From Dehalococcoidia bacterium (GTDB lineage: Bacteria; Chloroflexota; Dehalococcoidia; Lucifugimonadales; UBA3495): a stretch of 64,000 bases of DNA. Positions 9,571 to 20,092 of the stretch are shown here, piece after piece (within the stretch, counting starts at the first letter, position 1; every line of letters begins with the position of its first letter). The notes beneath the pieces were generated by a model. The model saw nothing but the letters and a program-made list of their open reading frames with translations, was not told the origin of the DNA and did not search any database. A program made the position numbers and the translations under genes. The stretch covers positions 1,673,757 through 1,737,756 of the forward strand of contig OZ252223.1 of the NCBI GenBank assembly GCA_965249145.1. The letters run 5' to 3'.

Positions 9571-10959
9571 TTGCCGGTCCAGAGCTTCAGGCCAATGGCC
9601 AAGGATTTCCCGACCTTCGACTGCGACGCCCACATCGTGGAGCCAGCCAAAGTCTGGGAACGGGCCGCCGACAGCCTCACCAAGGACGAACTAGAGGCGT
9701 TGAAAGCGACCATGTGGTACGACACCGACTCGAACCAGTTGTTGGTCAACGGCAAGGCCGACATCAACGGCTCCTCGCCGACGCCTAGGACCGGCCCAGG
9801 GTCGATCGACATCGTCCGGCTGGCTGGCCCCGGCCTCAAGCACGACATCCAGCGCGCCTTCAACGTGCGCAACCTGCGCGGCGAAACCGCCTTGAACCAA
9901 GAACAGGCCGACTACCTGGCCCACCTCGGCGCTGATGAGCCAGGGCCCCGGCTGCGGGATATGGACGTCCAAGGCATCGACCAAGTGATGATCATTCCCA
10001 CCAGCATCGACACCTATCCATGGTTGCAGAACGCCTTGGGCGCGCGGGCCATGTGCAAGGCCTACAACGATTGGGCCTATGACTACACCCGCGAAGACCC
10101 GGATCGGCTCTTCTTCGCCGCCCTGATCCCAATGCAGAACCCACAGTACGCCGCTGAAGAGATCTACCGTGTGGCGGAACGGGGCTGCCGGGTAGCGCTG
10201 GTCCGTCCCATGGACGCCATGGGCAACTACCCGATCCAGCCCAAGTACGAGACCGTGTGGAACGCCTTGGAAGACACGGGCATGGTCTACGGGATGCACC
10301 CCTTCCCCGCCACCGGGGTCGCCAAACCGGCGGGGTACTCCGACCAGTATTCCGGCGCCGAACTGATCAGGAAGACCATCTCCACCTCGGGCCTGCCCCA
10401 CACCTTCCTGGGCAACGTGCAAGCCTTCCAAGCCGAGGCCGCCCTCTGGGTGTCCATGGTGCTGATGTCGGGCTTCTTCGAGCGCCACCCCAAAATCCGC
10501 GCCGCGGTCTTCGAGGCGTCCTCCACCTGGCTCAGCTTCCTGCTGGACGAATGCGACAAGACCTATAGGCTCTACCGGAACGACCGTCGGCTGCCCACAC
10601 TGAAGCGCATGCCCAGCGAGACCTTCTTCGAGCATTGCGTCACCGGGTTCGAGGGCGACGAGGCGCCTCCGTCCCGCCTTCCCGAGTTCTACCGCGACAT
10701 CCTCGCTTGGGCCTCCGACGTCTACCACCACGACGGAGACGATGCCTGGAGGGCCATCGAGACCATGGAGGAATGCGAGCTGCCCATCGGCGACCAAGCC
10801 CGCTTCCTCGGGACCAACGCCCGCAAGCTCTACAACATCGACGCGCCCACCAGCTTCATCCGCGACCGGGTGACCGAGATCCACCGCCCGGACTGGTGGC
10901 CCGACGAGGACGAAATCCAAGAGGCCCTCAAACCCGAGTCCTCCGTGACTCGCTGGTAG
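9571..10959 (+). CDS. amidohydrolase family protein
   Basis: TTG start 6 nt after GGAGG. FDCDAHIVEP metal-binding N-terminus. 462 aa. Confidence 0.8.
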   Translation: MPVQSFRPMAKDFPTFDCDAHIVEPAKVWERAADSLTKDELEALKATMWYDTDSNQLLVNGKADINGSSPTPRTGPGSIDIVRLAGPGLKHDIQRAFNVRNLRGETALNQEQADYLAHLGADEPGPRLRDMDVQGIDQVMIIPTSIDTYPWLQNALGARAMCKAYNDWAYDYTREDPDRLFFAALIPMQNPQYAAEEIYRVAERGCRVALVRPMDAMGNYPIQPKYETVWNALEDTGMVYGMHPFPATGVAKPAGYSDQYSGAELIRKTISTSGLPHTFLGNVQAFQAEAALWVSMVLMSGFFERHPKIRAAVFEASSTWLSFLLDECDKTYRLYRNDRRLPTLKRMPSETFFEHCVTGFEGDEAPPSRLPEFYRDILAWASDVYHHDGDDAWRAIETMEECELPIGDQARFLGTNARKLYNIDAPTSFIRDRVTEIHRPDWWPDEDEIQEALKPESSVTRW

Positions 10960-10977
10960 CCCGCGGGACCGAAAACT

Positions 10978-12258
10978 ATGACTAGCTCCATTGGCTTCGA
11001 GGTCTTCGACGGCGACTCCCACGTGGTGGAACCCCGGGAGGTGTGGGAGAAATACTTGGACCCCGAGTACCGGGTCCTCGGGAAGCATGCCCTGTGGCGC
11101 GAGGAAGGCCAGTTCGACTCCTACCTCAAGGTCAACGGGCAGGTGTTCCGCGACACGGCGAACCCCAACATCCCCCGTCACGCCATCTGGAAGCCGGGAA
11201 TGACCTGGGACTCCGTTGGCGAATTGGACCCGGACGTCCGGCACCCGATGAGCGAAGGCGCTTTCGACCCGCAGGCGAGACTGCGAGACATGGACGCGAT
11301 GGGCATCGGCCAAGCGTTCCTGTATCCCACCTGGTTTGCCGAGGGCTTCCACTTGGTGTCGGACCCGGACGTTTCCTACGCCTTGGCGCGGGCCTACAAC
11401 GACTGGATCGCCGACTTCTGCCAAGCCGCCCCGGACCGGCTCTTCGCGGCGGCGATGGTCCCCTTGGGCAACATGGACTTCGCCTTGGCCGAGTTGCGCC
11501 GGGCCGCCGAGGTCCGGTGTTTTCGCGGCGCGTTCATCCGCCCGATGTTCATGGAGGACCGGTACCTGACCCACCCCTACTACGACCCCCTGTGGGCCGA
11601 ATTGGAGCGGCTGGGCATCGCCGCCGCCGTGCACCCCGCCGCCGGGCTGTGGAACCCGGAGTGGACGTCCCACGGGCCCTTCGTGGAGAAGGTCAAGGGC
11701 CGGCTCAACCAGACCGCCGCCCAGGGTGGCGGTGGCGGAGGTCCGCAGGCTGGCGGCAGCATTGGGGACCGGAACCGCGTGTCCGGCGCGACCGGGATGG
11801 TGGAATTGGGCCATCCGCTGGCCCCGCTACTATCCCATTGGCTCGACAACCACCTGTTCGTCGCCTCCACCCTCATCGGCTACACCGTGATGCAACGCTA
11901 CCCCGATATGCGGGTGGTGGTGGCCCACGGCAAGGCCTCTTGGATGGACGAAGTCTTGGAGAAGATGGAGGCCTCGACCCGGGTCATCCCACTGCTGCAT
12001 TACTACCCGGTCCGCACCGACCCCGAGGAGATGTGGGAGGAAGGCCGCGTGATGCTGGGCTTCGACGCCGAGGAGCGGCTCATCCAAGAACTGCCGCACT
12101 CCTTCGAGAAGAAGATCGTCTGGGGCTCCCGCTACCCCCACCACGACACCACCGGGGCCCAGGACGCGGCACAAACCCTGACTCAGGCGGGCGTGCCCCG
12201 CCCCGTCATCGCCCGGATGATGGGCGAGAACGCCCGGGAGCAGTTCGGAGTAGGCTAG
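10978..12258 (+). CDS. amidohydrolase family protein
   Basis: FDGDSHVVEPREVWEKYLDPEY N-terminus and GSRYPHHD near the C-terminus. Same family as the upstream gene. Confidence 0.8.
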   Translation: MTSSIGFEVFDGDSHVVEPREVWEKYLDPEYRVLGKHALWREEGQFDSYLKVNGQVFRDTANPNIPRHAIWKPGMTWDSVGELDPDVRHPMSEGAFDPQARLRDMDAMGIGQAFLYPTWFAEGFHLVSDPDVSYALARAYNDWIADFCQAAPDRLFAAAMVPLGNMDFALAELRRAAEVRCFRGAFIRPMFMEDRYLTHPYYDPLWAELERLGIAAAVHPAAGLWNPEWTSHGPFVEKVKGRLNQTAAQGGGGGGPQAGGSIGDRNRVSGATGMVELGHPLAPLLSHWLDNHLFVASTLIGYTVMQRYPDMRVVVAHGKASWMDEVLEKMEASTRVIPLLHYYPVRTDPEEMWEEGRVMLGFDAEERLIQELPHSFEKKIVWGSRYPHHDTTGAQDAAQTLTQAGVPRPVIARMMGENAREQFGVG

Positions 12259-12334
12259 CAGAAACCCACCGGCCGCAATGTTGTTCTGCAATAATTTCGC
12301 CCTGCTGCTATTATGGTATGCAGGGTGAATCAAT

Positions 12335-14173
12335 TTGAGTGACTTCCACAACACCGCAGTACGCAATCTGGCCATAATTGCTCACGTCGACCACGGCAAG
12401 ACCACCTTGGTCGACGCGCTGCTCAAGCAGGGTCAAGTCTTCCGCGCCCACCAGCAGGTGGGCGCCCTGATCATGGACACCAACCCCTTGGAACGGGAGC
12501 GGGGCATCACCATCTTGGCCAAGAACGCCTCGCTCTCCTACGGCGGCGTGCGGATCAACATCATTGACACGCCGGGCCACGCCGACTTCAGCGGTGAGGT
12601 GGAGCGGGTGATGAACATGGCCGACGGTTGCCTGCTGCTGGTGGACGCCGTCGACGGCCCTATGCCCCAGACCACCTACGTGCTGCGCCAAGCCCTCCGG
12701 CAGAACGTCACCCCCATGGTGGTCATCAACAAGATCGACCGCCCCGAGGCCCGGGTTGCCGAGGTTGTCGAGATGGTGCAGGACCTGTTCTTGGAGCTGG
12801 CCACCAGCGCCGAACAACTCGACTTCCCGGTGCTATTCACGTCGGCCCGCCAAGGTTACGCCACCACCGACCCCAACACGCCCGGCTCCGACATGCAGCC
12901 GCTGTTCGACGCCATCCTGGAGTCGGTGCCCCCGCCCTCGGGCGACCCCGGCGCACCGTTGCAGATGCTGGTCGCGGCGCTGGACTACGACAACTACTTG
13001 GGGCAGGTGGCCATTGGCCGGATCACCAACGGCGCCCTGCGTCTCCGGGACGACGTCGTCCTGCTCGACCGCAACGGCAACGCCAGCACCCACAACCTAG
13101 AGCGCATCTTCGTCTTCCGCGGCATGGAGCGATTGGAGGTGCCAGAGGCGTTTGCCGGGGACATCGTGGCCGTGACTGGCCCTGAAGGGGTGTCCATCGG
13201 CGACACCATCACCTCGCCGGAGTGCCCCGCGGCCCTGCCGTCCATCGACATCAACGAGCCCACGGTGCGGATGACCTTCGGCGTCAGCACCTCGCCCTTC
13301 ATGGGGCGGGAGGGCGACCACTGCACCTCCCGGAACCTGCACGAGCGGCTGCTGCGAGAACTGCGCACCAACGTCAGCCTGCGCGTGGAGAACACCGCCA
13401 GCCCCGACGTGTTCGTCGTCGCGGGGCGGGGCGAGTTGCACCTTTCGATATTGGTGGAGACGATGCGCCGGGAGAACTACGAGTTCCAGGTTTCCCGGCC
13501 CTCCCCGGTCCTCAAGATAATCGACGGCGCGGTACACGAGCCCTACGAGGTCCTGAACATCAGCACCCACGAAGACCACGTCGGTATGCTGACCGAATAC
13601 CTCTCGGCCCATTTGGCCCAGCTCCGGGACATGCGCTACGGCGACGACGGCTACGTCCACCTGGAGTACAGGATACCCACCCGGGGCCTGATCGGCTTCA
13701 ACGCCTTCTTCCTTCGCACCACCCGGGGCGACGGGGTAAAGAACAGCATATTCACGTCCTACGAGCCGATGCAGGGCGAGATAAAGTCCCAGCGGGGCGG
13801 CGCATTGGTGGCGGCGGAGGGCGGGGCGGCGGTGACCTACGGCCTGCTCAACGCCCAAGGGCGGGGCGACACCTTCATCGATCCGGGCGTCATGGTCTAC
13901 GAGGGCATGATCGTCGGCGTCCAACGTCGGGAGGCTGACATCGAGATCAACGTCTGCAAGGAAAAAAAGCTGACCAACATGCGCTCCTCGACGGCCGACG
14001 TGGCCAAGCGGCTCAACGCCACGGTCCGGATGAGCTTGGAAGAAGCCTTGGGGTTCATCGCCGACGACGAACTGGTGGAGGTCACACCCCGGAACCTCCG
14101 CCTCCGCAAGGCGGAACTGTCCGCCCTAGACCGCAAGCGCCAACGCCGCGACGGTCCCCGAGCCCGCGACTGA
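12335..14173 (+). CDS. typA: translational GTPase TypA/BipA
   Basis: [23 protein letters not shown]1 motif and DTPGHADF G3 motif. 612 aa, colinear with BipA. TTG start after AGGGTGA. Confidence 0.95.
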   Translation: MSDFHNTAVRNLAIIAHVDHGKTTLVDALLKQGQVFRAHQQVGALIMDTNPLERERGITILAKNASLSYGGVRINIIDTPGHADFSGEVERVMNMADGCLLLVDAVDGPMPQTTYVLRQALRQNVTPMVVINKIDRPEARVAEVVEMVQDLFLELATSAEQLDFPVLFTSARQGYATTDPNTPGSDMQPLFDAILESVPPPSGDPGAPLQMLVAALDYDNYLGQVAIGRITNGALRLRDDVVLLDRNGNASTHNLERIFVFRGMERLEVPEAFAGDIVAVTGPEGVSIGDTITSPECPAALPSIDINEPTVRMTFGVSTSPFMGREGDHCTSRNLHERLLRELRTNVSLRVENTASPDVFVVAGRGELHLSILVETMRRENYEFQVSRPSPVLKIIDGAVHEPYEVLNISTHEDHVGMLTEYLSAHLAQLRDMRYGDDGYVHLEYRIPTRGLIGFNAFFLRTTRGDGVKNSIFTSYEPMQGEIKSQRGGALVAAEGGAAVTYGLLNAQGRGDTFIDPGVMVYEGMIVGVQRREADIEINVCKEKKLTNMRSSTADVAKRLNATVRMSLEEALGFIADDELVEVTPRNLRLRKAELSALDRKRQRRDGPRARD

Positions 14174-14214
14174 CCAAGCCGTCACCGGCCCTAAAAGCCG
14201 TAGGAGAGAAAACT

Positions 14215-14242
14215 GTAGGGGCGCTTCGCGAAGCGCCCCTAC
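14215..14242. terminator. bidirectional hairpin between convergent typA and the adhesin pseudogene
   Basis: Perfect 28-nt palindrome GTAGGGGCGCTTCGCGAAGCGCCCCTAC, followed by GTGTATTT. Confidence 0.65.
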
Positions 14243-14300
14243 GTGTATTTGCGGTTGGTCCGGCCCAGTCCGCGTTGGCGGTCGCGCGAACCAGCCGGTG

Positions 14301-17236
14301 TTAGCGGCGGCGGGTCAAGACCGCAGCGCCTCCGACCACCACCACTACCGCCACCACGATGACGACGATGGCCCAGACCGGGAATCCGCCGCCCTCTTCC
14401 TCCACCGTTGGCGTGGGCGTAGGCTGCTGCACCTGGGTTGGCGGAGGCGGCTCGACCGTCTCCGCAGGCGGCGCCGGAGTTGGGGCCGGAGTGGCCGTCG
14501 GCACCGGGGCACGGGTGGGAGTCGACGTGGGCTCCGGCGACGGCGCTGGGGTGGGTGTTGCCGTCGGCGCGATTGACGGCGGGACGGTAGGCCCAACGGT
14601 CGGGACCAATGTCGGTGTGACGACGGTCGGCGGCGGTTCCGTCGGGGGCGGAGGCGCGGCCTCGACGGTCACCTTGAAGACCTGTTCCGCAACGCCGCCG
14701 CTGGGGTCGCTAGCCGTCACCGTGATCGTAGCGTCCCCGCCGGACACCGGGACCACGGCGATCGAGCCGTCGCCACGTTTTCGTCCGACGAGCTAGCGTC
14801 GTAGGTCAAGGGGTCGTCATTGGGATCGCTGAAATACTCGGCGAGCGAGATTTCGACTCCGGAGTCACCGGCCGTCAGCGCTTGGGCGGGGACCTATCCT
14901 TCCGCCACCGGGGTTGCTGGACCTCCATCGGCTCCACGGTGACGACGAAGACCTGTTTGGTAGTCCGGCCCGTCGGGTCGGCGGCGTACACCGTGATGGT
15001 AACCATGCCGGGGGACTCAGGGAACACCGCGATCCGGTCCCCATTGATCTTGTTTACTGTCGCCACGGCTTTGTCCGAGGAACTGACGTTGTATGCCAGT
15101 CCCAGGTCGTCCAGGTCTCCGGAATACCCCGTCACGTCGATCACCGCCGGCGACCCATCCACGTGCAGGACCTGGTCCGGAATAACACCAATGGGATACG
15201 GGGTCTCGCCCGGCCCCGGCGGCGGCGGAGCGCCGCCCCCGCCACCGCCACCGCCGGGATGGTTACCGCGTATTGGCTGAAGCTGGTGATGCCGGTCACG
15301 ACGATGCTATCGCCGACTATCGTGTAACATTCTATAGTGACTTCCCCGTTGGAACACGCGGGGACCGTTTGCCAACCCCCAGAGGAGTCGCTGCGCTTGC
15401 TAACCCTAATGGCACCCTCGGGATTCGATAGAGTCACCGGTACTTCCTTACGCAAGCGCGTGTTCTGGTTGAATCGTATGGGTTCACCGTAGGTGTCGTA
15501 GAGCTGCACCGAGATACAGTCGTGTACCGTGCGGCCCGCGATTCCGGTGCAGCCACTAAACCGGACCACGTGCTGGAAGTGGCCGGTCTGCGTCGGCACC
15601 GCTCCGCCGGAGATGGTCACTTGGGTGTCCCCATCGGGGCTGGTGACCGTAGTGTCCACGAAGGGGCTTGCAACCCTTGCCGAGCCACCGACCAGCGTCG
15701 CCGTAGTGAACAGGTAGGCCGCGCCCATCTTGGTGCCGCGTTCGTCGGCGCCGACAGCGCCCACGACCAGCAGTTTGCCATCCATGGCAATGGACCTTCC
15801 GTCGTAAATGCCCCGGTTGTCGGTGAAGGCCAAGCCGAACCGGTCGTCCGCATCTCCGTCGTGGGCCAGCAGAACGTAGCGAACAGCGGAGCTTGCGGCC
15901 TTCCGGAACACCTCCACTGAGCCCGCGTTGCCGTTGTCCGGCTGGCTGCGGCGGGACACGGCGATGTAGTCTCCGCTGACCGCAACGCTATAGCCGGACT
16001 CGTCTCCGGTGTTAGGCCCAAGGCCGGCCAACTTGTCTGCTTGGCTCCATTGGCTGCCTGAACCAGTGAACACGTAGGCCGCTCCAGGACCCGTGCTGGC
16101 TTGATGCTCACCGACGACGATCGTGCCTCCGTCGATGTCCACCGATCAGCCAAACCCGTCTCCGTCCTCAGTGCCTTCTCCATTTAGGGTCGCTGCGGGC
16201 TCCACTGGCTGGGTGGCGCTTGCCCAGCCACCGGCCGGTTTGGTGAAGAAGTATACCGTCTCCTTGGCAGGTGCGCCGATGACCACTTTGGCCCCGTCGA
16301 TGGCAATTGACCTGCCGAAGAAGTCCCCCGCAGCCCTCATAATTCCATCGCCTGTGCTCGGCCCCTGCAGGGTAGGAGTCGCCTCGGTGGCGGTGACCCA
16401 ACCGCCAGTCTCGGGCTCAACGAACACATAGGCCCCGCCGATGTCTGTGAGTGTATCTCCGCCGTTAGTCTCATCCCGGAACGCAGCGCCCACCACGACG
16501 CCCGTATCTTCACGGTATAGACGAAATCTTCCTCGAGAACAAAGTCCCCCGAAGGAGTTAGCGCCAGCGCCTTTAGGTTGGGAATCTTGTAGCTTGTGGC
16601 CTTGCCTCCCTCGGCCACCTAGGAAGCCGCTTGCTAGGATATCTTTCCAAGCATCCGGGGTACCATCATTTTCCTTAAGCTGGTACTGGTACCTGGTGAT
16701 GGTTCCGTCGTGAGGGTTGTCCCACGACAGGGCTATGGAGCCGATCTGAGTCACATTCCCGGTTACGGTCTCACTAACGTCACCGGCCTTGACCCACTGG
16801 ACCTCAAAGAAGTAGGTGTTGTTGAGGTCCAGGCCGTTGACCTTGTGGCTGGTGGTCGTGACCGTAGCGCCTTTCAATCGTGTTCCAAGCCACTTCCACG
16901 AAATCACCGTAACCGCCGAAATCTCCGGATATGGTTCGCCCGGTGTCCACCGGACCCTGCTCTCCAGCAGCCTTCACCGGCCGTACTTCGAATACGTTAA
17001 GCAAATGAGGATTAACTCCCAAGATTGTTGTGGTATTGGCGGTGGCCGCATAGGCCTCGGTGATGCCGGTGTCCATCCAAGTCATAAGTATCCCCGCCGT
17101 CAACGCTGTGGTGGTATTGCCATCCGGTAGCCTCCGAGTCCTCTGGCCAGGTCAGCACGGCTATCCCCGTCTTCGTGTGGCGGTACTGGTATCCTGTAAT
17201 GTCGCTGTCGCTCGGGTCTGTCCAGGACAGAATGAC
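14301..17236 (-). pseudogene. large cell-surface adhesin-like gene, disrupted (FN3 repeats, FG-GAP repeats, Ig/cadherin-like domains, Pro/Thr linker, C-terminal TM anchor)
   Basis: Colinear minus-strand ORF pieces are 16804..17103, 16146..16907, 15141..16142, 14875..15162 and 14301..14756. Motifs include LSWDNPHDGTITRYQYQ (FN3), DFFGRSIAIDG and GAAYVF (FG-GAP), and FSDPNDDPLTYDASSSDENVAT (Ig-like). The anchor reads WAIVVIVVAVVVVVGGAAVLTRRR. There is an in-frame TGA at 16146-16148 and at least four frame changes. Confidence 0.7.
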
Positions 17237-17240
17237 CTAG

Positions 17241-18421
17241 GAATCCTCTGAAAAAGGGCCGTCATCGTTAGGGGTGGTGATAGGATGCGGGGGTAGGAGA
17301 GAGGAACCGGGGAGGGGTGCAGATGCGGGGAGCGAGCTTTTCGGACTTGGAATACGAAGGGAAGAAGCGGAAGACGCGAAGGGAACTGTTCTTGGAGCGG
17401 ATGGACGGGCTGATCCCCTGGCGGCGGTTGGAGGAGAGGATCGAGCCCTTCTACCCCAAGGAGGGACGGGGCCGAAGGCCCTACCCGTTGCCGGTGATGC
17501 TTAGGGTCCACTGCGTCCAGCTTTTCTACAACCTGAGCGACCCCGACATGGAGGACCTGCTCTACGAGGCCGAGTCGGTTAGGCGTTTCGTGGGGGTCAG
17601 GCTGTCCGACGCCCTACCCGACGAGAGCACCATCCTGCACTTCCGCCATCTCTTGGAGAGGCACAATCTGGGGAAGGCCCTCTTTGAGGCGATTGGCGAG
17701 CACCTGGAGGCGCAGGGGCTCCGGCTCAGGGAGGGGACGATAGTGGACGCCGCCATCATCGAGGCACCGTCGTCGACCAAGAACCGCCGGGGTGAGCGGG
17801 ACCCGGAGATGCACCAGGTAAAGAAGGGCAACGAGTGGCATTTCGGGATGAAGCTGCACATCGGTGTGGACGCCCAGAGCGGGGTGGTACGCAGCGTGTC
17901 GGTCACGGCGGCCAACCGACACGACGTTACGGAGGCCCACCGGTTGCTGCACGGCGGGGATCGGCGGGTGTGGGGGGATGCCGGGTACAAGGGGATCTAC
18001 AAGCGTGAGGAGACCCGTGGGTTGGCTGTGGAGTGGCGGGTGGCGATGCTGCCGGGGCAGCGCAGGAAACTGGACCCGGGCAGCCCGGATGCGGCGTGGG
18101 AGCGGGCCAAGGCGTCGGTCCGGGCCAAGGTGGAGCACCCGTTCTTACGGGTAAAACGGCAATTTGGCTACGCCAGGGTGCGTCACCGGGGTTTGGCCAA
18201 GAACGGGGAGCGGCTGGCGCTGCTGCTGGGGTTGGGCAACCTGATCACCGCCCAGCGCCATCCGGCGGCCTGACCGGGGGAGCAGTGCGCCCTCTATCCC
18301 GGTGAGAGTCCCCGGTAGGGGAACCAAGAGCCTTTCCCAGACCAAAGCTCTCTTCAGATAGCCGTCCTCAAGACCCTCGCCCGGTCTGACAGCCCATCAG
18401 GCCGGGTTGTTCAGAGAATTC
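17241..18421 (+). mobile_element. IS5-family insertion sequence (IS5 group)
   Basis: Termini are GAATCCTCTGAA (left) and TTCAGAGAATTC (right), flanked by CTAG at 17237-17240 and 18422-18425. The inverted match can be extended to 20 bp (17233-17252 versus 18410-18429, 1 mismatch) because CCTAGG is palindromic. It encodes one DDE transposase. Confidence 0.8.
17317..18273 (+). CDS. IS5 family DDE transposase
   Basis: 318 aa. Has the N-terminal DUF772-like region (YPLPVMLRVHCVQLFYNLSD), the DDE core (IVDAAIIEAP .. GDAGY) and the C-terminal VEHPFLRVKRQFGYARVRHRGLAKN motif. Confidence 0.9.
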   Translation: MQMRGASFSDLEYEGKKRKTRRELFLERMDGLIPWRRLEERIEPFYPKEGRGRRPYPLPVMLRVHCVQLFYNLSDPDMEDLLYEAESVRRFVGVRLSDALPDESTILHFRHLLERHNLGKALFEAIGEHLEAQGLRLREGTIVDAAIIEAPSSTKNRRGERDPEMHQVKKGNEWHFGMKLHIGVDAQSGVVRSVSVTAANRHDVTEAHRLLHGGDRRVWGDAGYKGIYKREETRGLAVEWRVAMLPGQRRKLDPGSPDAAWERAKASVRAKVEHPFLRVKRQFGYARVRHRGLAKNGERLALLLGLGNLITAQRHPAA

Positions 18422-18880
18422 CTAGGTCACCGTGCTGCTGGGCGTGGCAGTGAAGCCGGTGGGCTTGGCGGGCGGGGCCAACTCTGGGGCGCCGGACGCA
18501 GTGTTGGACACGGGGCCTTCCCCACCGTCGGTCACCGCACGGATGCGGAAGTAGTAGGTGGTGCCGTTGGTCAGGCCGGTGACCGGATAAGGCAGGGCGT
18601 TGTCCTCGCCGGGAGCGCTGTGGGGAATGGTCTTCCAGGTCTCGCCCTGGAAATTGTCTACGTCGTTCAAGCCGGGACGCACCGTCACCGGGCCGCCTTC
18701 CTCCTCCACGAACACGCGAACCTGGAAGGAGTGGGAGGTGCTCAGGTCTATTCCTTCAACCTCGTAGATGGTGGTGGTGGCCCCGCTGCCGAGAACGCTG
18801 GCCCAATCGGACCAAGTGGTCTCGCCGTCGGTGCTGCTTGCGGTTTCTGTAGGGTCGATCCTTTCTGCGACGGCCTTGGT
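18422..18880 (-). pseudogene. upstream FN3-repeat fragment of the same adhesin gene, separated from the rest by the IS5 element and lacking an N-terminus
   Basis: ORF 18422..19015. Only the part from about TDGETTWSDWASV onward looks like FN3 (GLTNGTTYYFRIRAVTDGGEGP). It ends at the TAG created at the IS junction. No signal peptide or credible start. Confidence 0.55.
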
Positions 18881-18889
18881 TTGGCAGCG

Positions 18890-19151
18890 GGCGGTCTCGG
18901 TGGAGGACGACGGGGCCCTGACGTCCGACCTGCCGGACTTCCAGGTGGAGCTCCGCGACCGGACTGGGGCTATGGTGGGCCGAAGTGACGACCCGGCCAA
19001 CAACGTGGAGCACATCTACCTGCCCGGCAGCCTGACCATCGGCCAGAGCTACACGATCACGGTCAGCCTGAAGACCCCCGCAGCCCCCACCCACTACGGC
19101 CTAGCCTGGCAGAGCTGCACCGACGCCCTCAAGGAAAGTCTTAGGCGCTAG
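18890..19151 (+). pseudogene. 3' fragment of a gene encoding a PPC / P-domain-like C-terminal domain (peptidase-associated)
   Basis: The tail of ORF 18768..19151 reads DFQVELRDRTGAMVGRSDDPANNVEHIYLPGSLTIGQSYTITVSL..HYGLAW. This fits the pre-peptidase C-terminal domain pattern. The upstream part of the ORF is antisense to FN3 sequence. Confidence 0.35.
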
Positions 19152-19228
19152 AAGGCAGAAAACCGGGGGTGGCAGGCGGAGATGGTACACTCCCAACCGC
19201 ATATATGTGTGTATCAAGGAGGGACCCC

Positions 19229-20011
19229 ATGCGATTGGAAGGAAAGGTCGCGCTGATTAGCGGCGGCGCGCGGGGGCAGGGCGCGGCCGAGGCCCGGTTG
19301 TTCGTCCAAGAGGGCGCGGCTGTGGTCATCGGCGACATCCTCGACGAGGAGGGGATGCGCCTTGAAGCGGAGATACGCGAACTCGGCGGGCAGGCCACCT
19401 TCGTCCATCTGGACGTCACCGACTCCAGCCAGTGGTCCAGCGCGGTGAACGAGGCGGTCAGCCGCTACGGTAAGCTGGACATCTTGGTCAACAACGCCGG
19501 GATCGGCAGCACCAACATCGGCGGCGTCGACGCCCCGCGCATCCACGACGCCCCGGAGGAAGTCTGGGACCAGATCATGGACGTGAACGGCAAGGGCGTT
19601 TTTCTGGGCACCCGCGCCGCCCTTCCCGCCATGCTGGCCGCGGGCGGAGGGAGCATCGTCAACATTTCGTCCATCGCCGGGTTGGTCGGCCTCGGCCCAG
19701 GCTCAGGGGCCGGGTCGGCTTATGCCAGCTCCAAGGGCGCGGTGCGGCTGCTGACCAAGTCGACGGCGGTGCAGTACGCCCGGGAAGCCATCCGCTGCAA
19801 CTCGGTGCATCCCGGCTACATCGACACCGCGATGACCGAGCGGATGATGTCGCAACCGGGCATGCGGGAGCAGCGGGAGGCGGCGACTCCCATCGGGCGC
19901 ATAGGCACCGTGGACGACATCGCCAACGGAGTCCTGTTCCTAGCCTCGGACGAGGCCTCCTTCATGACCGGCAGCGAACTGGTAATCGACGGCGGCTTCA
20001 CAGCCCAGTAG
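19229..20011 (+). CDS. SDR family oxidoreductase
   Basis: ATG at 19229 after AAGGAGGG. Has the TGxxxGxG-type motif ISGGARGQG, then NNAG and the YASSK catalytic motif. Confidence 0.85.
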   Translation: MRLEGKVALISGGARGQGAAEARLFVQEGAAVVIGDILDEEGMRLEAEIRELGGQATFVHLDVTDSSQWSSAVNEAVSRYGKLDILVNNAGIGSTNIGGVDAPRIHDAPEEVWDQIMDVNGKGVFLGTRAALPAMLAAGGGSIVNISSIAGLVGLGPGSGAGSAYASSKGAVRLLTKSTAVQYAREAIRCNSVHPGYIDTAMTERMMSQPGMREQREAATPIGRIGTVDDIANGVLFLASDEASFMTGSELVIDGGFTAQ

Positions 20012-20092
20012 CGGGATCAAACGCCGAGAGCGCAGAGTTATTTGGGTCTCATCGAAAAACTCGGCGTGCTCGGCGCCCTCGGCGTTAGTCAA

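Noticed and set aside
9691-11814. 707-aa minus-strand ORF, together with similar long ORFs such as 8721..9872(-), 23992..25776(+), 41114..42274(-), 11043..12338(+), 24..., 163..807(+) and 45432..46337(-).
   Set aside because: They lie antisense to, or in an alternate frame of, genes with clear family motifs. Their products are Arg/Gly/Pro/Ala-rich low-complexity sequence typical of stop-codon-poor high-G+C DNA. No RBS or recognisable domain.
12290-12334. Promoter for typA around TATTAT (12309-12314).
   Set aside because: No acceptable -35 hexamer at 16-19 nt spacing (best is 3/6). Left uncalled.
16146-16148. Possibility that the in-frame TGA is recoded (Sec, Trp or Gly).
   Set aside because: TGA terminates well-supported genes in the same window (typA, pnkp and others). 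The gene also carries frameshifts and an IS, and no SECIS-like hairpin follows. Nonsense mutation is the simpler explanation.
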